DNA from: Eledone cirrhosa
Taxonomy: Eukaryota
Length of the DNA: 64,000 nucleotides
Reading direction: 5' to 3'
NCBI GenBank assembly: GCA_964016885.1
Contig: OZ024748.1
Location: 52,018,001-52,082,000, forward strand
Positions 1 through 12,698 of the stretch are shown in pieces. The position numbers and the translations under genes are program-made. The notes beneath the pieces are model-generated. The model saw nothing but the letters and a program-made list of their open reading frames with translations. It was not told where the DNA came from and ran no database searches. Numbering within the stretch: position 1 is the stretch's first letter; every line of letters begins with the position of its first letter.

Positions 1-539
1 AATGAAAGCTAAAAATTAAAAAATAATAAGTAACATTCTAATTGTTTATGTGTTAATTATTGTACAACTCTGATGTTGTAAATAGACCCCAGTAGTAATA
101 ATACTAAGAAGAATATCAACAACAATAATAGGCCAAAACATTAATAAAATGTCCACACACTACCCTTACCTTCCAAATGGTGTTATCTCAAACAACTGTC
201 TGATATTTTTTGTTTCACCCTAGTTTTGCTAATACTCTTATTTGAATTCTGGCTTCATTTCCACTCTGATGTAATAGCAGACACACCCAAATAAACCCCC
301 AGAATTCCTTGCACACATTCTGCTGACTGACAGACAGACTTGTTGGAAAGCAGCCAGCCTCAATGCTGAAATGAACTATGGTGTTTGATTCTACTTAGCA
401 TGCTGTTTCCCTTCACCATTGGCAATCTCTTTTACACCCACAGACTTCACAGCAGCATGGTTTCACAAAATAAATAAACAAAAACATACATAAAATTAAT
501 TAAACAAAATATTTAATTTTGTTTTTTTTGTTTTTAAAT

Positions 540-893
540 CACCACCACCACCACAAACACCAGTGTTGCCACCACCAACAACACCAAACCCCAACACCAC
601 CACTATTAGTACTGCTGCCACCCACCACCAACACAACCAACAACAACAACAACAAATACCATTGCCCCCACCATCAACAACAACAACATTATCACCAACA
701 CCACCAGCAAACCCACCAATAACAACAGCATCATCACCACCAACAATACCAATAACAATGCAAACACCATTGCCTCCACCACCAACAACACTGGCACCAC
801 CATTAACAACAACAACAACAACACCAACATAACCACCACCACCCCCAACACCACCACCAACATCACAACCAACCCCAACACCACCAACCACTA
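540..893. repeat. (CAC/CAA)n low-complexity trinucleotide tract
   Basis: Degenerate CAC/CAA repeats; accounts for the Pro/Thr/Gly/Val-rich ORFs at 496-900. Confidence 0.9.
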
Positions 894-1069
894 GTCTCAC
901 AGACTTAAAGGAAACAGGACTGGTAGTCTGCAGTTAGAAATGAAACATTCAATAGCTGAGCCAGGCAAATATCTGGTAACAAGATAAGGAAGAAGAAAGA
1001 GAAAAAAAATCAAATGAAAAACAAACTGTAATGATTAAATACGAAGTCTTTAGATTGTTGCTTAAATGA

Positions 1070-1510
1070 AATAAACATGGAGAACTGAGAACTTAGATGG
1101 AGTAAACATGGAGAACTGAGAACTTAGATGGAATAAACAGAGAACTGAGAACTTAGATGGAGTAAACATGGAGAACTGAGAACTTAGATGGAGTAAACAT
1201 GGAGAACTGAGAACTTAGATGGAGTAAACATGGAGAACTGAGAACTTAGATGGAGTAAACATGGAGAACTGAGAACTTAGAATAAACATGGAGAACTGAG
1301 AACTTAGAATAAACATGGAGAACTGAGAACTTAAATGGAATAAACATGGAGGACTGAACTTAGATGGAGTAAACATGGAGAACTGAGAACTTAGATGGAA
1401 TAAACATGGAGGACTGAGAACTTAGATGGAATAAACATGGAGGACTGAACTTAGATGGAATAAACATGGAGGACTGAGAACTTAGATGGAATAAACATGG
1501 AGAACTGAAC
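1070..1510. repeat. 31-bp minisatellite, about 14 copies
   Basis: Unit AGAACTGAGAACTTAGATGGA(G/A)TAAACATGG repeated in tandem with small deletions. Confidence 0.95.
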
Positions 1511-2189
1511 AAGTGGTTTAACACCTTGTATAGAGTAAACAATATAAGGGGGAGAGTGAGCCAGGGGGAGACAATATAGGGGGGGGAGACAGGAGGAGAC
1601 AACAATATAGGGGGGGGGAAGGAGAAAGAAGGAGAGAAAGAGGTAAATGGAGGGATAAAGAGAGAGATGAAAGGAGAGAAAGAGAGAGAGAGATGAAAGG
1701 AGAGAAAGAGAGAGAGTGATGAAAGGAGAGAAAGAGAGAGAGTGATGGAAGGAGAGAGGGTGGGGTGAATGGAAGAAGAGAAAGATTGAGACATAGACAA
1801 AGTTAATTCTTCTGGTACCAACCCACCCAAAATCAACTCTAGTTTGATGAATAGTAATGAAATAACTTTATTAAATCAATCAAAAAGTTCAATAATTAAT
1901 TGAAATAGTGAAATAGTAAAATAGTGTGTATTTCATGAGAAATACAGTCATGAAAGGGGTAAAGGTGAATCAGAAACCTCTAGAAGGTGTGTCTAAGGAC
2001 TCTGCCCAACATGACAGTCTCAGGAATAAGTGCTCTTTTGTACTTTTCAAGAATGTCTTGCTAATGCAGTTTCATGTGGTATAGGACATTAAAAATTAAT
2101 TCAACTTAACAAGGAAATGTACACCTGAAAAGTCACTGAAAAGGTGTGTATGCATGTGTGTGTGTGTGTGTGTGTGTGTTGTTGAACCT

Positions 2190-2460
2190 CTGTCATTTCT
2201 GAGGAGTGTTCCAATCAATCAAACTGCCAGCTTATGAAATTGATATGTAAGTGGCTGCATAATCCTTAACATAATTCTCAGGGAGATTCAGCATTACACA
2301 ATGTCTGACAAGACAGGTTCCTTGAATTACATGAGCAACTCATTTTTGCCAATAGAGTAGATCAGAACAACATACTATAAAGTGTGTTGCTCAAGGACAC
2401 AATGTGCTACATGGTCCAGAAATCTAACTCCCGACATCACAATCATGAACTGAACAACCT
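2190..2460 (-). mobile_element. Old tRNA-derived SINE (CORE-like), decayed
   Basis: Contains AAGTGTGTTGCTCAAGGACACA, the reverse complement of the TGTGTCCTTGRGCAAGACACT core; similar to 4370-4625 and 17840-18212. Confidence 0.6.
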
Positions 2461-2694
2461 TGGGGGGGGGGGGGGAGCAGGGTAGTGATTCATAACTGGA
2501 GTGAGAATGCTCTATCATGGATATAGCAGGAAACATGTGAGCGAAGATGAAAGCTGAGAACAAGGAAGAAACCCACAGCATGTAGTAAAACAAACTCGCT
2601 ACATGGTTAGTGTGATAACAGTGACAGAACCTGATTTTATCTTGGGGAAGGTGGAGGTCAGCTCAAGTTTGGTGAGCTGCTCATGTAACACACA

Positions 2695-2807
<113 letters not shown>

Positions 2808-3499
2808 CATAGAATTAAAGGTATTAGGAGCTCTGATTGAAGTGGGGACTCTGGTCATTTTCATCAGAAAAGCCTATAATTTCAGAGTCAAACCCTATTG
2901 TTACATAAGTAACAATGGTTTTGAGCAGAGTTATGAGTGAAACACATGTAATGAATAAAAGCATTATCAGTCTCGATTCTTTGATACATATAGTCTGTGA
3001 TCTCAGTTGATAACACATAGCAGTCATTCTCTATCCTTTCTGTTGACACTGGTGTACCTTTGAATCACAGCTTCACAACAAGTGCTGAACACAGTTTAGG
3101 CTAGTATTAATTGCAATTAAACCAACACACACACACACACATATTATATATTGATGTTAACAATTGTCACATCTCGCTATGTAAAAGCAGAGGAAATAGT
3201 ACTCTCTAATAGAAAAGCTGCACAGCAGTAGTTAAGTCTAAAATTAACAGAAGTTATTGACAGGAATACAAAGCTAATTTGAAGACAAAATTTTTAGTAA
3301 CGTGACATTACTAATAATAATTATTAAATAATAGACAGAAGAAATGATGGAAATGGTGGCTTTTGATGATAGGAGTGGGTAGGTGGTGAATAGATAGGTG
3401 GATATATAGAAAGGCAGATAGATCAGTAGGAAGGCAGATAGATAATTAGATATAAGAGAACGTTAATAAGGGAAATAACATGAGAACAATACAACACAG

Positions 3500-3905
3500 T
3501 GATGATATTTGTGAGTTTAACACTTGAAATAGTAGCAAAAGAGTTTTAATGTTTCGAATATTAGTCCTTCTTCAGAAGGTAGAATGAGAGAGGGATAGAG
3601 AAGAAATAAGGTGGATAAGAAAAAATAAAGAAAACAGGGAAAAAACTTTAAGACAGGAGGAACACTCGTGTGTCGTTAGTCAGCTACAATTAGGTAAATT
3701 GATAGGTAGATAAATTTAGAGTAAGAGAGATAAACGCAAGCAGAGAACTTTCTACAGACATATCTATAATGATGCACTTTATTGTTCTGATAGTCTACTT
3801 CATCTTTTATTTCTCATTCTATCTTCTGACAAAGGACTAGTGTCAGAAACTATAAAACTCTTTTCCTACTACATTAAGCGTTAAACTAATATTTTTCTTC
3901 ATTGT
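3500..3905. mobile_element. Decayed Penelope-type inverted repeat; each arm has a degenerate hammerhead
   Basis: Arms about 3500-3590 and 3812-3905 are diverged reverse complements. Minus arm reads CTGAAGA-aggactaatattc-GAAA-ca-TT; plus arm reads CTGACAA-aggactagtgtca-GAAA. Same family as 29103-29138. Confidence 0.6.
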
Positions 3906-4369
3906 ACTATATTGTTTCCTTATATATATATAGATAGCTCTTATCTAGTTGTCGAAACGGCCGGAGCTCAGCCGCTGGAGTCATGACTCTTTCCGTATAG
4001 ATAGATAGATAAGTTGCACATGAAAAAAACCAAATACGTGGAGTGAGTGGACAAAAAGCTTCAACTTTCTCTTCAGCCACTCCCTGGCAATGCACTTTTG
4101 AGCATTATATATATTACATTAACGTCTAACTTCTATAATTACTTATTAATTAAACTGATTTCAAATAAAAATAGATGAGGTCATAAATAACGTTATTTCT
4201 ATTGAAAGAAAGGTAGAATATTGCTGCAAACTATGAGAATTAAAATAAAATTAAATAAACGGCCATGGGGAGAGAAGCCCCCGCTGCAGATAGATGAAAA
4301 GTAAAGAAAATGCTACCACATTGAATCTAGTGAAAAAAAAAAAAATCATGGAATCCGTTATATATGTTG

Positions 4370-4625
4370 GACCTCCGTCGGTTACGACCATGAGTGTTCC
4401 AGTTTGATCAATGGAATAGTGTGCTCGTGAAATTAGCGTTCAAGTAGTTGAATATTCCACAGACACATGTACCATTTACGTAATTCTTAGGGAGACTCAA
4501 TGTGATACAGAGTGGGGAAAGTCTGGTCCTTTGAATTACAGGAACAACGCTCCACCAAAAATCGAACTCATGACTTTAGGATTGTGTGCCGAACAACCTA
4601 ACCTAACCTATAACCCACGCACCTT
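4370..4625 (-). mobile_element. Old SINE, decayed
   Basis: Similar to 2190-2460 and 17840-18212 (GAGTGTTCCAG...TATTCCACAGACACA...GGTCCTTTGAATTACAGG). Confidence 0.55.
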
Positions 4626-4707
4626 CACCCAGGGAACTGTGCTATGAAATGGCTAACGGGAAAGAGGTCGGTGAAACTGGCAATCCTTATAGTTTGGGCT
4701 ATCATAG

Positions 4708-4990
4708 CTGCTTGGTTCAGTGATTAGAGCACTGGGCTCACACTCGTTATGTTGTGAGTACGATTCCCAGACAGGACGGAGCATTGTGTCCTTGGGCAAG
4801 ACACTATTTCACGCTTCTCCTGTTCACTCAGCTAGAACAAATGAGTTGTGACGTCACTAATGACCAGCAGTATCAGCCTTTGCCTTTCCTTGGGACAACA
4901 TCGGTGGTGTGGAGTAGGTAGACTACTTCCTCGGGGTTGGTTCAGAGAGCAACTTTCTGAGTACATACGTGAGTGAAGGGTGTCGACAAC
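4708..4990 (+). mobile_element. tRNA-derived SINE with CORE-like segment
   Basis: A-box-like TGGTTCAGTGATTAGAGC, B-box-like GAGTACGATTCC, then TGTGTCCTTGGGCAAGACACT and TTCACTCAGCT. Confidence 0.7.
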
Positions 4991-5037
4991 GAGTCACCAG
5001 TTTAAATGTAACAAATAACTATTTGGTTAGTGTTATA

Positions 5038-5292
5038 TAGCGGCGGTGGAACGGAGTGAATAGGGGCAAGAGGGCAATGCCCCGCCCACAATAATTATAT
5101 TTTTCTCCCCAAACTGCAAAACCACATCTATTTGTATATGCGCTACAGTTTATGTACTGTACATGTTATGATTATCGCATATCGAAGCTTTTATTATATC
5201 TTGGTTGATATTTGATGATAACAGCTAAACTAATCACTACGAAATTGACCAAATTTACACCTCCCCCATTCAGAAAACCTTCCACCACCCTG
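5038..5292. mobile_element. Possible short non-autonomous DNA transposon (MITE)
   Basis: Imperfect terminal inverted repeats GCGGCGGTGGAA / TTCCACCACCCTG; TTATA on both flanks. Confidence 0.35.
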
Positions 5293-6324
5293 TTATAAGA
5301 TATCGTGCTCCCTCCAAGATATTATTTTGACATATCGTTAATAATTGTATTAGGAATGACGTCCTTATCTTCAACGTTAAAAGCAGTGAAAATATGGCAA
5401 AAATAACATTTATACACAATTCAATATAAACTACTGCTGTAAATTATGTTAACAAAATTATGTTGAAACAATTTAAAATAGAGTGTAACAGTTTGAAAGT
5501 AAGACAGGGAATACTAAACAGGTGTATGAGAAAGTTGACATGAATTAATTTGTAAATATGCATGCAAGTATGTGTTCGTAAGTTAGTTCAAGTTAGCTCA
5601 GAGAGCGACAAAGAGGTGACGTAATAACAAAACAAAGCAATTCAGCGTGGTTCAGAAGCCAGTAGACTCCCTCTGTTTAAATAATATTGTGTGCTACTTC
5701 ATTATTGGAATAAGTAAAAATAATAATAAATAAATAAGTTGCAAATTTACCGTTAATTAATTATTTAGTTTTGGTGAGAACTTTACTGACGTTTACCGAG
5801 ACGAAGAATAACGGCTCAAAATAAAAAGACGTTGTGTTTAAGGCTGTGTGTAGTGAGTAAAAGTAGAAGGGAGGAGGTAAGAAATGTACATAGGAGAAAG
5901 CACGTGATGTAATCAACAGTTTTGTGTGTTCTTCAATCTCTACAACGAATTGTTTTAACATAGTCTGGGACGGCTACTAAGAACTGCACTGGATGGCACT
6001 TTCTCTTACTTTTCAATGGTGCATCGTCAGAATTAGAAAATTTATATACTACTAAAACTCTCTGATTGCTTGTTTGTCTGTAATGTAATACAGCCAAAAG
6101 GGCACATAATGGGAAAATACTTTCAAAGGAAGTTGACCCTGCAATGGGAATACAAATGGAATAAAACAAGTTTCGCGTAAATCGGACTACGGGTTCCCGA
6201 GATATGGGGTTTTTCTGGGTACCTTCATAAACAGAGAGAGAGAGAAAGAGATAGTGGTTGTGAGAGACATACAGAGAGGGAGATGAGGGAGATAAGGAGA
6301 ATGGAAGAGAGAGAGTGGTGTTGT

Positions 6325-6363
<39 letters not shown>

Positions 6364-6413
6364 GCGAGTGTATATGTGTGTGTCTGTGACCAGTGTATAT
6401 AGACCACAGTCAC

Positions 6414-6453
<40 letters not shown>

Positions 6454-6654
6454 TTATACACGCACATACATCTATATATATATACACACACACACATACA
6501 CATTAATATAAATACAACACACGTATATATATGGGCCTTCCAGTTTCATTTCACATTATATGTCTGTATATTTTAATTATTTAAAAATTATTTTTAATTG
6601 AACATGATTTTAAAAAAATATTTTGACGTGAACGTTTCTTATCGGGTCAAGAGT

Positions 6655-6805
6655 GGTAGAGTATAAAAATGTAGAGTATAAACATGTAGAGTATAAAAAT
6701 GTAGAGTATAAACATGTAGAGTATAAACATGTAGAGTATAAAACTGTAGAGTATAAAACTGTAGAGTATAAAACTGTAGAGTATAAAACTGTAGAGTATA
6801 AAAAT
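6655..6805. repeat. 15-bp minisatellite, about 10 copies
   Basis: GTAGAGTATAAA(ACT/CAT/AAT) in tandem. Confidence 0.95.
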
Positions 6806-7407
6806 GAACGTCCTGAAATATAACCCTTCAAGTCTTTAATTTTTCATCTCAAAACAGGAACAAAAATAAATAAACAAACAAAGAAATTGGTAAAACAAAT
6901 TCGCTAGGGTATTAGGCACCCCAAGTACCAAAGACTAGTGACGGGCCTGGCACAGTCGCAAATCAATAAATACAACCCTGAAATAATGGTTTAGATGGCC
7001 TACTTACGCTTACAATATTTTTGCTACACATCGAAAACTTTTAATTATGAAAGCATTGTTTTGGGTTTTGTTCATTGTACTACCTCCCCCCACCCAAAGA
7101 AAAAAAAAGGGAGTCTCTATATAGCTATACGACTGCTAGACACGCTAAAAGTCGCAGACAAATCTTAATTTACTATCGTTAAAAACAAAACAAAAAAGTC
7201 GCATTCAGTAATAGTACATTTGAAATGGAATCTAGGATGGTTACGGCTGTAACACTTACATAATAGATCAAGGCTGACTGTATGGAAGCATGCAACAACA
7301 TAATTTGTCAAATTATTTATGCTTTTTCTTTAGTTACTCACTTAGTTAATTTTATGAAGTGTGGACTTTTAAAACAAACCTTTTTCCTCAGAATATTTTA
7401 GCATATA

Positions 7408-7710
7408 CAGTGTACCCCCCGATATTCGCGGTTCCGGTTATTCGCGGAAATTTCCTTAGAACCTGACTTATAAATGTTTGTGGGAACCACCGCACATTCG
7501 CGGTGTTTTGTTTTTTTTCGTGGCACTATATAGTTTTTTCACGCTTTGAACGCTAGATTATTAATAACAATATACCGTATTTGCCGGCCTATATTTTACG
7601 TTATGTTTTGACGTTTATAAGCATTTTTATGGACCACATCCAATATTCACGGTTTTTCACTTTTCGCAGGTGCTCTAGGAACGTAACCCCCGCGAATACT
7701 GGGGGACAAC

Positions 7711-7712
<2 letters not shown>
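7408..7712. mobile_element. pogo/Tigger-like MITE
   Basis: TA then CAGTGTACCCCCCGATATTCGCG ... CGCGAATACTGGGGGACAACTG terminal inverted repeats; internal TATTCGCGG subterminal repeats. Confidence 0.75.
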
Positions 7713-7743
<31 letters not shown>

Positions 7744-7997
7744 GTCTTGCCCATGCAACTGTGGGATGAGGATGATATTCATTTATTATAGAAATTATTT
7801 CTACATGATTAGAACTGTTTCATTCGTAAGAAATTATCAGAAAAGGGCTTTCCTTGTGAATTCTTACGATGATGATTTCTATAATAAAATGAATACCTAT
7901 ACTCTACTAACGTTATTGAGTCGCTCTTTTAACAGTGGTCACCTCCCGATTTACATCGAGATCTCTCTCTCTCTCTATTATGTTATGCATGTATGTT

Positions 7998-8371
7998 CTC
8001 TCGGCTGGCCTCTTCATCACACTTTCACTCACTCACTTTCTGCTGCTCCCCCTCTCTCACTTCCCTCTTCATCACACTTTCACTCACTCACTTTCTGCTG
8101 CGCCCCCTCTCTCACTTCCTCTCGGCTGGCCTCTTCATCACACTTTCACTCACTCACTCTCTGCTGCGCCCCCTCTCTCACTTCCTCTCGGCTGGCCTCT
8201 TCATCACACTTTCACTCACTCACTCTCTGCTGCTCCCCCTCTCTCACTTCCTCTCGGCTGGCCTCTTCATCACACTTTCACTCACTCACTCTCTGCTGCT
8301 CCCCCTCGGCTGGCCTCTTCATCACACTTTCACTCACTCACTCTCTGCTACTCCCCCTCTCTCACTTCCTC
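7998..8371. repeat. 66-bp minisatellite, about 6 copies
   Basis: Unit CTCTCGGCTGGCCTCTTCATCACACTTTCACTCACTCACTCTCTGCTGC(G/T)CCCCCTCTCTCACTTC; accounts for the ORFs at 7712-8579. Confidence 0.92.
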
Positions 8372-8653
8372 CCGTCTGACCTATGTGAAATCCTTTTCTT
8401 GCTCACGTTTCGCAGGGTTCGGACGCGCCTGTCATCTTATAATCGTTGATTTGGTCGAACTTAAGTTCGCATGTATCATTGACTTGTCTCTCATTTCCTC
8501 TCTTTACGTTGCATTACTACGTTTGTTTGTTTACTGTCGCTCAGTCCCAATAACTTATTTTAGTTATTGCTTGCACTGATTTTGAGGTATCTGGTCTTTA
8601 ATACGAAGAAATATCGATGATAGTCAGAAGATCACTCGCTCTATTTTTCATTC

Positions 8654-8698
<45 letters not shown>

Positions 8699-8752
8699 AA
8701 GCGATGAAATACCAATGATGGTTGGAAGATCACTGATGAAGGACTAACTTTA

Positions 8753-8866
<114 letters not shown>

Positions 8867-8993
8867 AGTTATATTTCATTTGTTGGGATACAACAAGCAA
8901 ATATTTTTATAACTGATATGAAGCACTCAACAAATTATTGGAGTAAAAATACAATATATTAACAAATGGAAACTATATTTATAAAACCATATT

Positions 8994-9055
8994 TATTTCA
9001 TACATATTTCAAGGACACCAAAGCAAATTATGGTGCGCTTTCATCAGATAAAATA
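8994..9055 (-). ncRNA. Hammerhead ribozyme motif in the 3' pLTR (3-nt deletion near the cleavage site)
   Basis: Minus strand: tattttat-CTGATGA-aagcgcacc..ggtgtcctt-GAAA-tatgta-tgaaata; 3 nt shorter than the 12237 copy. Confidence 0.6.
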
Positions 9056-9130
9056 TAATATAGATGAGTTTTATAAACAAATATTGACATACCCTTAAAG
9101 AATGCGACCATGTCGGTTGGAAGCTCCCGG

Positions 9131-9298
9131 ATAGTTGGTTGATGATTAATAATAAATTTATATATGGTTATGTAATAATAACATATATTTTAATAATATT
9201 TTTTAATAATATATATATATTATTAAAAAATATTATTAAAATATATGTTATTATTACATAACCATATATAAATTTATTATTAATCATCAACCAACTAT
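9131..9298. repeat. Apparently perfect 168-bp AT-rich palindrome
   Basis: ATAGTTGGTTGATGATTAATAATAAATTT... (TA)n centre ...AAATTTATTATTAATCATCAACCAACTAT. Confidence 0.9.
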
Positions 9299-9574
9299 TA
9301 ATTATTAATTTTTCAGTTAATTATCAATAAAAAATAAGAAGAAATAATAAAAAAATAAAAAATGTTATGTTTAAAATATAGGAATGTTTCTAAACCCATG
9401 GAAATTCAGAGATTTTTCCGAAGAGTAATCTCTTCTTCGTAATAGCAATACAGCGTGAAGGAAATTAAGTGATTTATTTGTAATTTAGATAGCTCTAAGG
9501 ATTAAATGTTATAAAGGTTAAGATGATAAAAAATTTAAGATTATAAAAAACCTTATATTATTTTATTGTAAGTT

Positions 9575-9760
9575 GGATTGGCAGTATCGGTAGAGGGTCG
9601 GACGCCATGCTTTGCAGCAAAGAGTTACGGCCCTTTATGGTTTGAGTTCAAATCCCGCCGAGGTTAACTTTGCCTTTCATCCTTACGGGGGTCGATAAAA
9701 TAAAGTACCAGTAATACACTAGGATAATTGCTGGCCTTGTACCAAAAGTAGAAGCAATTA
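9575..9760 (+). mobile_element. Young short tRNA-derived SINE (family A)
   Basis: TGGCAGTATCGGTAG A-box, GAGTTCAAATCC B-box, GCCTTTCATCCTTACGGGGTCGATAAAATAAAGTACCAG central domain; 18-bp TSD ATTATTTTATTGTAAGTT at 9557-9574 and 9757-9774. Confidence 0.92.
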
Positions 9761-10608
9761 TTTTATTGTAAGTTATCATTTTATAAATCCACCTGTTATA
9801 CAGTTGTGACTGTTAAAATATAAGTTTGTTTACTATAACGCCTTAATGTTTAAAGTTTTTCAAAAGAATACATCTAAAGCATAAACAGTAAAAAAACTTT
9901 TATACGGGTTCATTCATAGAATGTATTCAAATTATACATTTTGATATATGTACATATACTTACATGTATACATATATATAGACATACACATGTATACATA
10001 TATATAGACATGCACATATATACATATATATATAGACATACACATATATACATATATATAGACATACACATATATACATACATATATATATATATACATA
10101 CATATACATATACATATATACATATATAAATACAAAATACATAACATAAAATAAAATATGAGTTATAATTTTAAAAAGGATTATAATTTTAAAAGGAATT
10201 ACAATTTTAAAAAATATAATTATATAATTTTAAAAGGAATTATAATTTTTAAGCAATATAATTTTTAAGCAATATAATTTAAAAAATATATATAAGAATA
10301 TATAGAAAAAACACAGTATAAAATATGAATTATAATTTTTTATATGCATCAGAGGAATTAACAAAAAAAACTTTTTTTTAGAAACTTTCAGTATGTTTAT
10401 CTTAATTTTTTATACCCATAAGAGAAATTTTCAAAAACGAAATTTTCAAATAATCCCTTTTATTTAAAAAAAACTTTGAGTATGTTTATCTAGAAGAATT
10501 TTCAATGAAAAATTTTTAAGGAAAAAATTTTTCATTTAAGAAAGTTTTAGGCAGTCGTATGAAGGAATCTAATGATTTATCGATAGGTTTAATAAGATGA
10601 GTTATATA

Positions 10609-12170
10609 TTACATTTTAAATTTATATTTAAACATTGAATTTAATCTATGTTTGCAGCAACTGAAAAGATTGTTCCTTAAATTCACAGAATTTTCGCTTT
10701 TTAATATAAAGAATATTTCCTCTATACAAAGAGCACAATTTTCAGAAGAAGCATTGAATGGAGGTGCTTTGGAGATAATATTCCAAAGTAAAGAATAGTT
10801 AATGTTCTTTGATTTTAGGTCCCATAGTAAGCTAGATAGAGAAGTTGAAGATTTTTTATTTATATTCGTAAAAGAGCATTTATGGTTATTAAAACGAGAT
10901 TTAAAGTCTGTGTAAGTAGAACCTACATAATTAAATGAATTTAAATTAGTTTTTACATTACAATTATATACTATATATGTTTAGCTAAACAATTGTTATT
11001 TAACGGACAGATTTATTTCTACAGTTACATTTATCAAAATTCAAGTTAATAGGAGTCGTATTATTAAATTGGATATTGCTGGGGTTGTTAATGGTATTCT
11101 GGTTAGGTTTTTAGTTTCTATTATTAATTCTATTAATAATCTGCGCTAAATTATTGGTGGTTGAATAAGTTAATTTTATAGTATGTCTATTAAATATTGA
11201 GTAATATCTATGTGTTCTAGGGAAGCATTTGTCAAGAGCTTTAAAGAATAGTTTAGCAATAGGAGTTTTAATATTTAATGAGAAAGGAGAGAACCATAAT
11301 ATAATCCTAGTTCTATTTCTTTTTTGGTTTTTCGAATTATTGTAAGGTTTTCTATTATAGTTGTTACAATTATGGTTAGTTGTTATATTATTATTATCAA
11401 TGTATTTAATTTTATTACTATATCCAGCTCTACCCAACGCTTCGTTGTAATATTGTGCTTTATCATCAAAAATATTCTTAGCTGAAATTCTAGAAATGCG
11501 TTGCTGTACAGTATTTTTAACGGATCTGGGGTGATTGGAGTTAAAATTAACGTAGTTTAAGTTCTCGTTTAATTTGTGAAATGGATAATAAAGACATGCG
11601 TTAAGGTTTCAGGTTACATCTAGAAAGTTAACTATTTTATAATTATTCTCTATTTCTACTTTAAGATTAAGGTAATTAAAAAATTGTATAATTTCTTTTC
11701 TTTTCCTATTCAATTCACTGTTATTATTTTCGATAAGTAATAACATATCGTCGCGATACAAACCTCCGGTCATCTCCGGTATTTTCCTATGTAGAGTATT
11801 ATTTATAAAAAGCCCCACAAGATCCGTTATTTGGGCGGAATCAGATGACCCCATAGTGATATCGAAATTATTATCTCTATCTGCTCTAGTCCAGAGGTGG
11901 TTCTTAAATTTAATTAATGTTTTCCGTGCCGTTAGGATAATGTGCATTTCATTACTAGTTAAGTCTGTATGTTTAAATGCATATGTCAGTGCATTATTAA
12001 GTAGATTAGGAGTGATGGATGAGTAATAATTAGCAATATCCAATTGAATAAACTTATTACTATAGTTATATTTGATGTCTTTAAACCATTCGATAACTTC
12101 GTTAGTTCCTTTCCATAATTTTAAATAAGATAATTCCTTAATTTGTGGTATTATTCTGTCTAAAATGTTT
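10609..12170 (-). pseudogene. Penelope-like RT + C-terminal GIY-YIG endonuclease, frameshifted
   Basis: RT motifs FIQLDIANYYSSI, FDITMGSSDSAQITDLVG, GLYRDD, VNFLDVT; linker IILWFSPFS; then KCNCRNK..CPLNNNCL, NYVGSTYTDFKSRFNNH, CALCIEE and CKH across several frames. Confidence 0.9.
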
Positions 12171-12236
12171 TCCAACCGACATGGTCGCATTCTTTAAGGG
12201 TATGTCAATATTTGTTTATAAAACTGATCTATATTA

Positions 12237-12301
12237 TATTTTATCTGATGAAAGCGCACCATAATTTGCTTTGGTGTCCTTGAAATATGTATAATGAAAT
12301 A
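12237..12301 (+). ncRNA. Minimal type I hammerhead ribozyme in the inverted 5' pLTR
   Basis: Stem I tattttat/atgaaata; CTGATGA 12245-12251; stem II aagcgcacc/ggtgtcctt; GAAA 12282-12285; near-palindromic stem III tatgta; predicted cleavage after UA at 12293. Confidence 0.8.
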
Positions 12302-12339
12302 AATATGGTTTTATAAATATAGTTTCCATTTGTTAATAT

Positions 12340-12378
<39 letters not shown>

Positions 12379-12698
12379 TTATTTATTAAAATAAATATCG
12401 AGCCCTCTTCAGATTTTAGTCTTCACATTTATTATTACTATATATATATATATATATAGGTTTGGTGGTTCACCACTGGATAGAACTGGTCATTCCGTAT
12501 AGTCAACCATGATGTAATATTAGGGAAAACACTCGACGTTATGCAACTCATCCATCTTCGATGATGTTGAATCTTGTTGGTGGTGCGAGAACGGAGTTAA
12601 TTATTATTTTATTCAATAATGTGTGTGTGTGTGAAGTATTTCCGTAGGAAGGGTAAAGGAAAGGAGGGTGCTCTATGTATGCTACAGAGCTATTTAAT

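Larger units (their letters stand above)
8868..12345 (-). mobile_element. 5'-truncated Penelope-like retroelement with inverted pseudo-LTRs
   Basis: RT and GIY-YIG remnants on the minus strand; about 8950-9122 is the reverse complement of about 12170-12345; flanked on both sides by (TA)n. Confidence 0.9.

Noticed and set aside
496-900. Mucin-like or Gly-rich ORFs (also 46129-46750 and 62769-63271)
   Set aside because: Translations of simple repeats, with no unique domain or splice support
7712-8579. Overlapping 128-245-aa ORFs
   Set aside because: Produced by the 66-bp minisatellite
8730-8750. CTGATGA motifs at about 8735, 2861(-), 20007 and 33858(-), and CTGAAGA at about 12406(-)
   Set aside because: No downstream GAAA/UH with pairing stems; truncated fragments or chance matches
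9575-9660. tRNA genes at SINE heads
   Set aside because: A and B boxes are present, but I found no complete cloverleaf; the heads are followed by SINE bodies and TSDs
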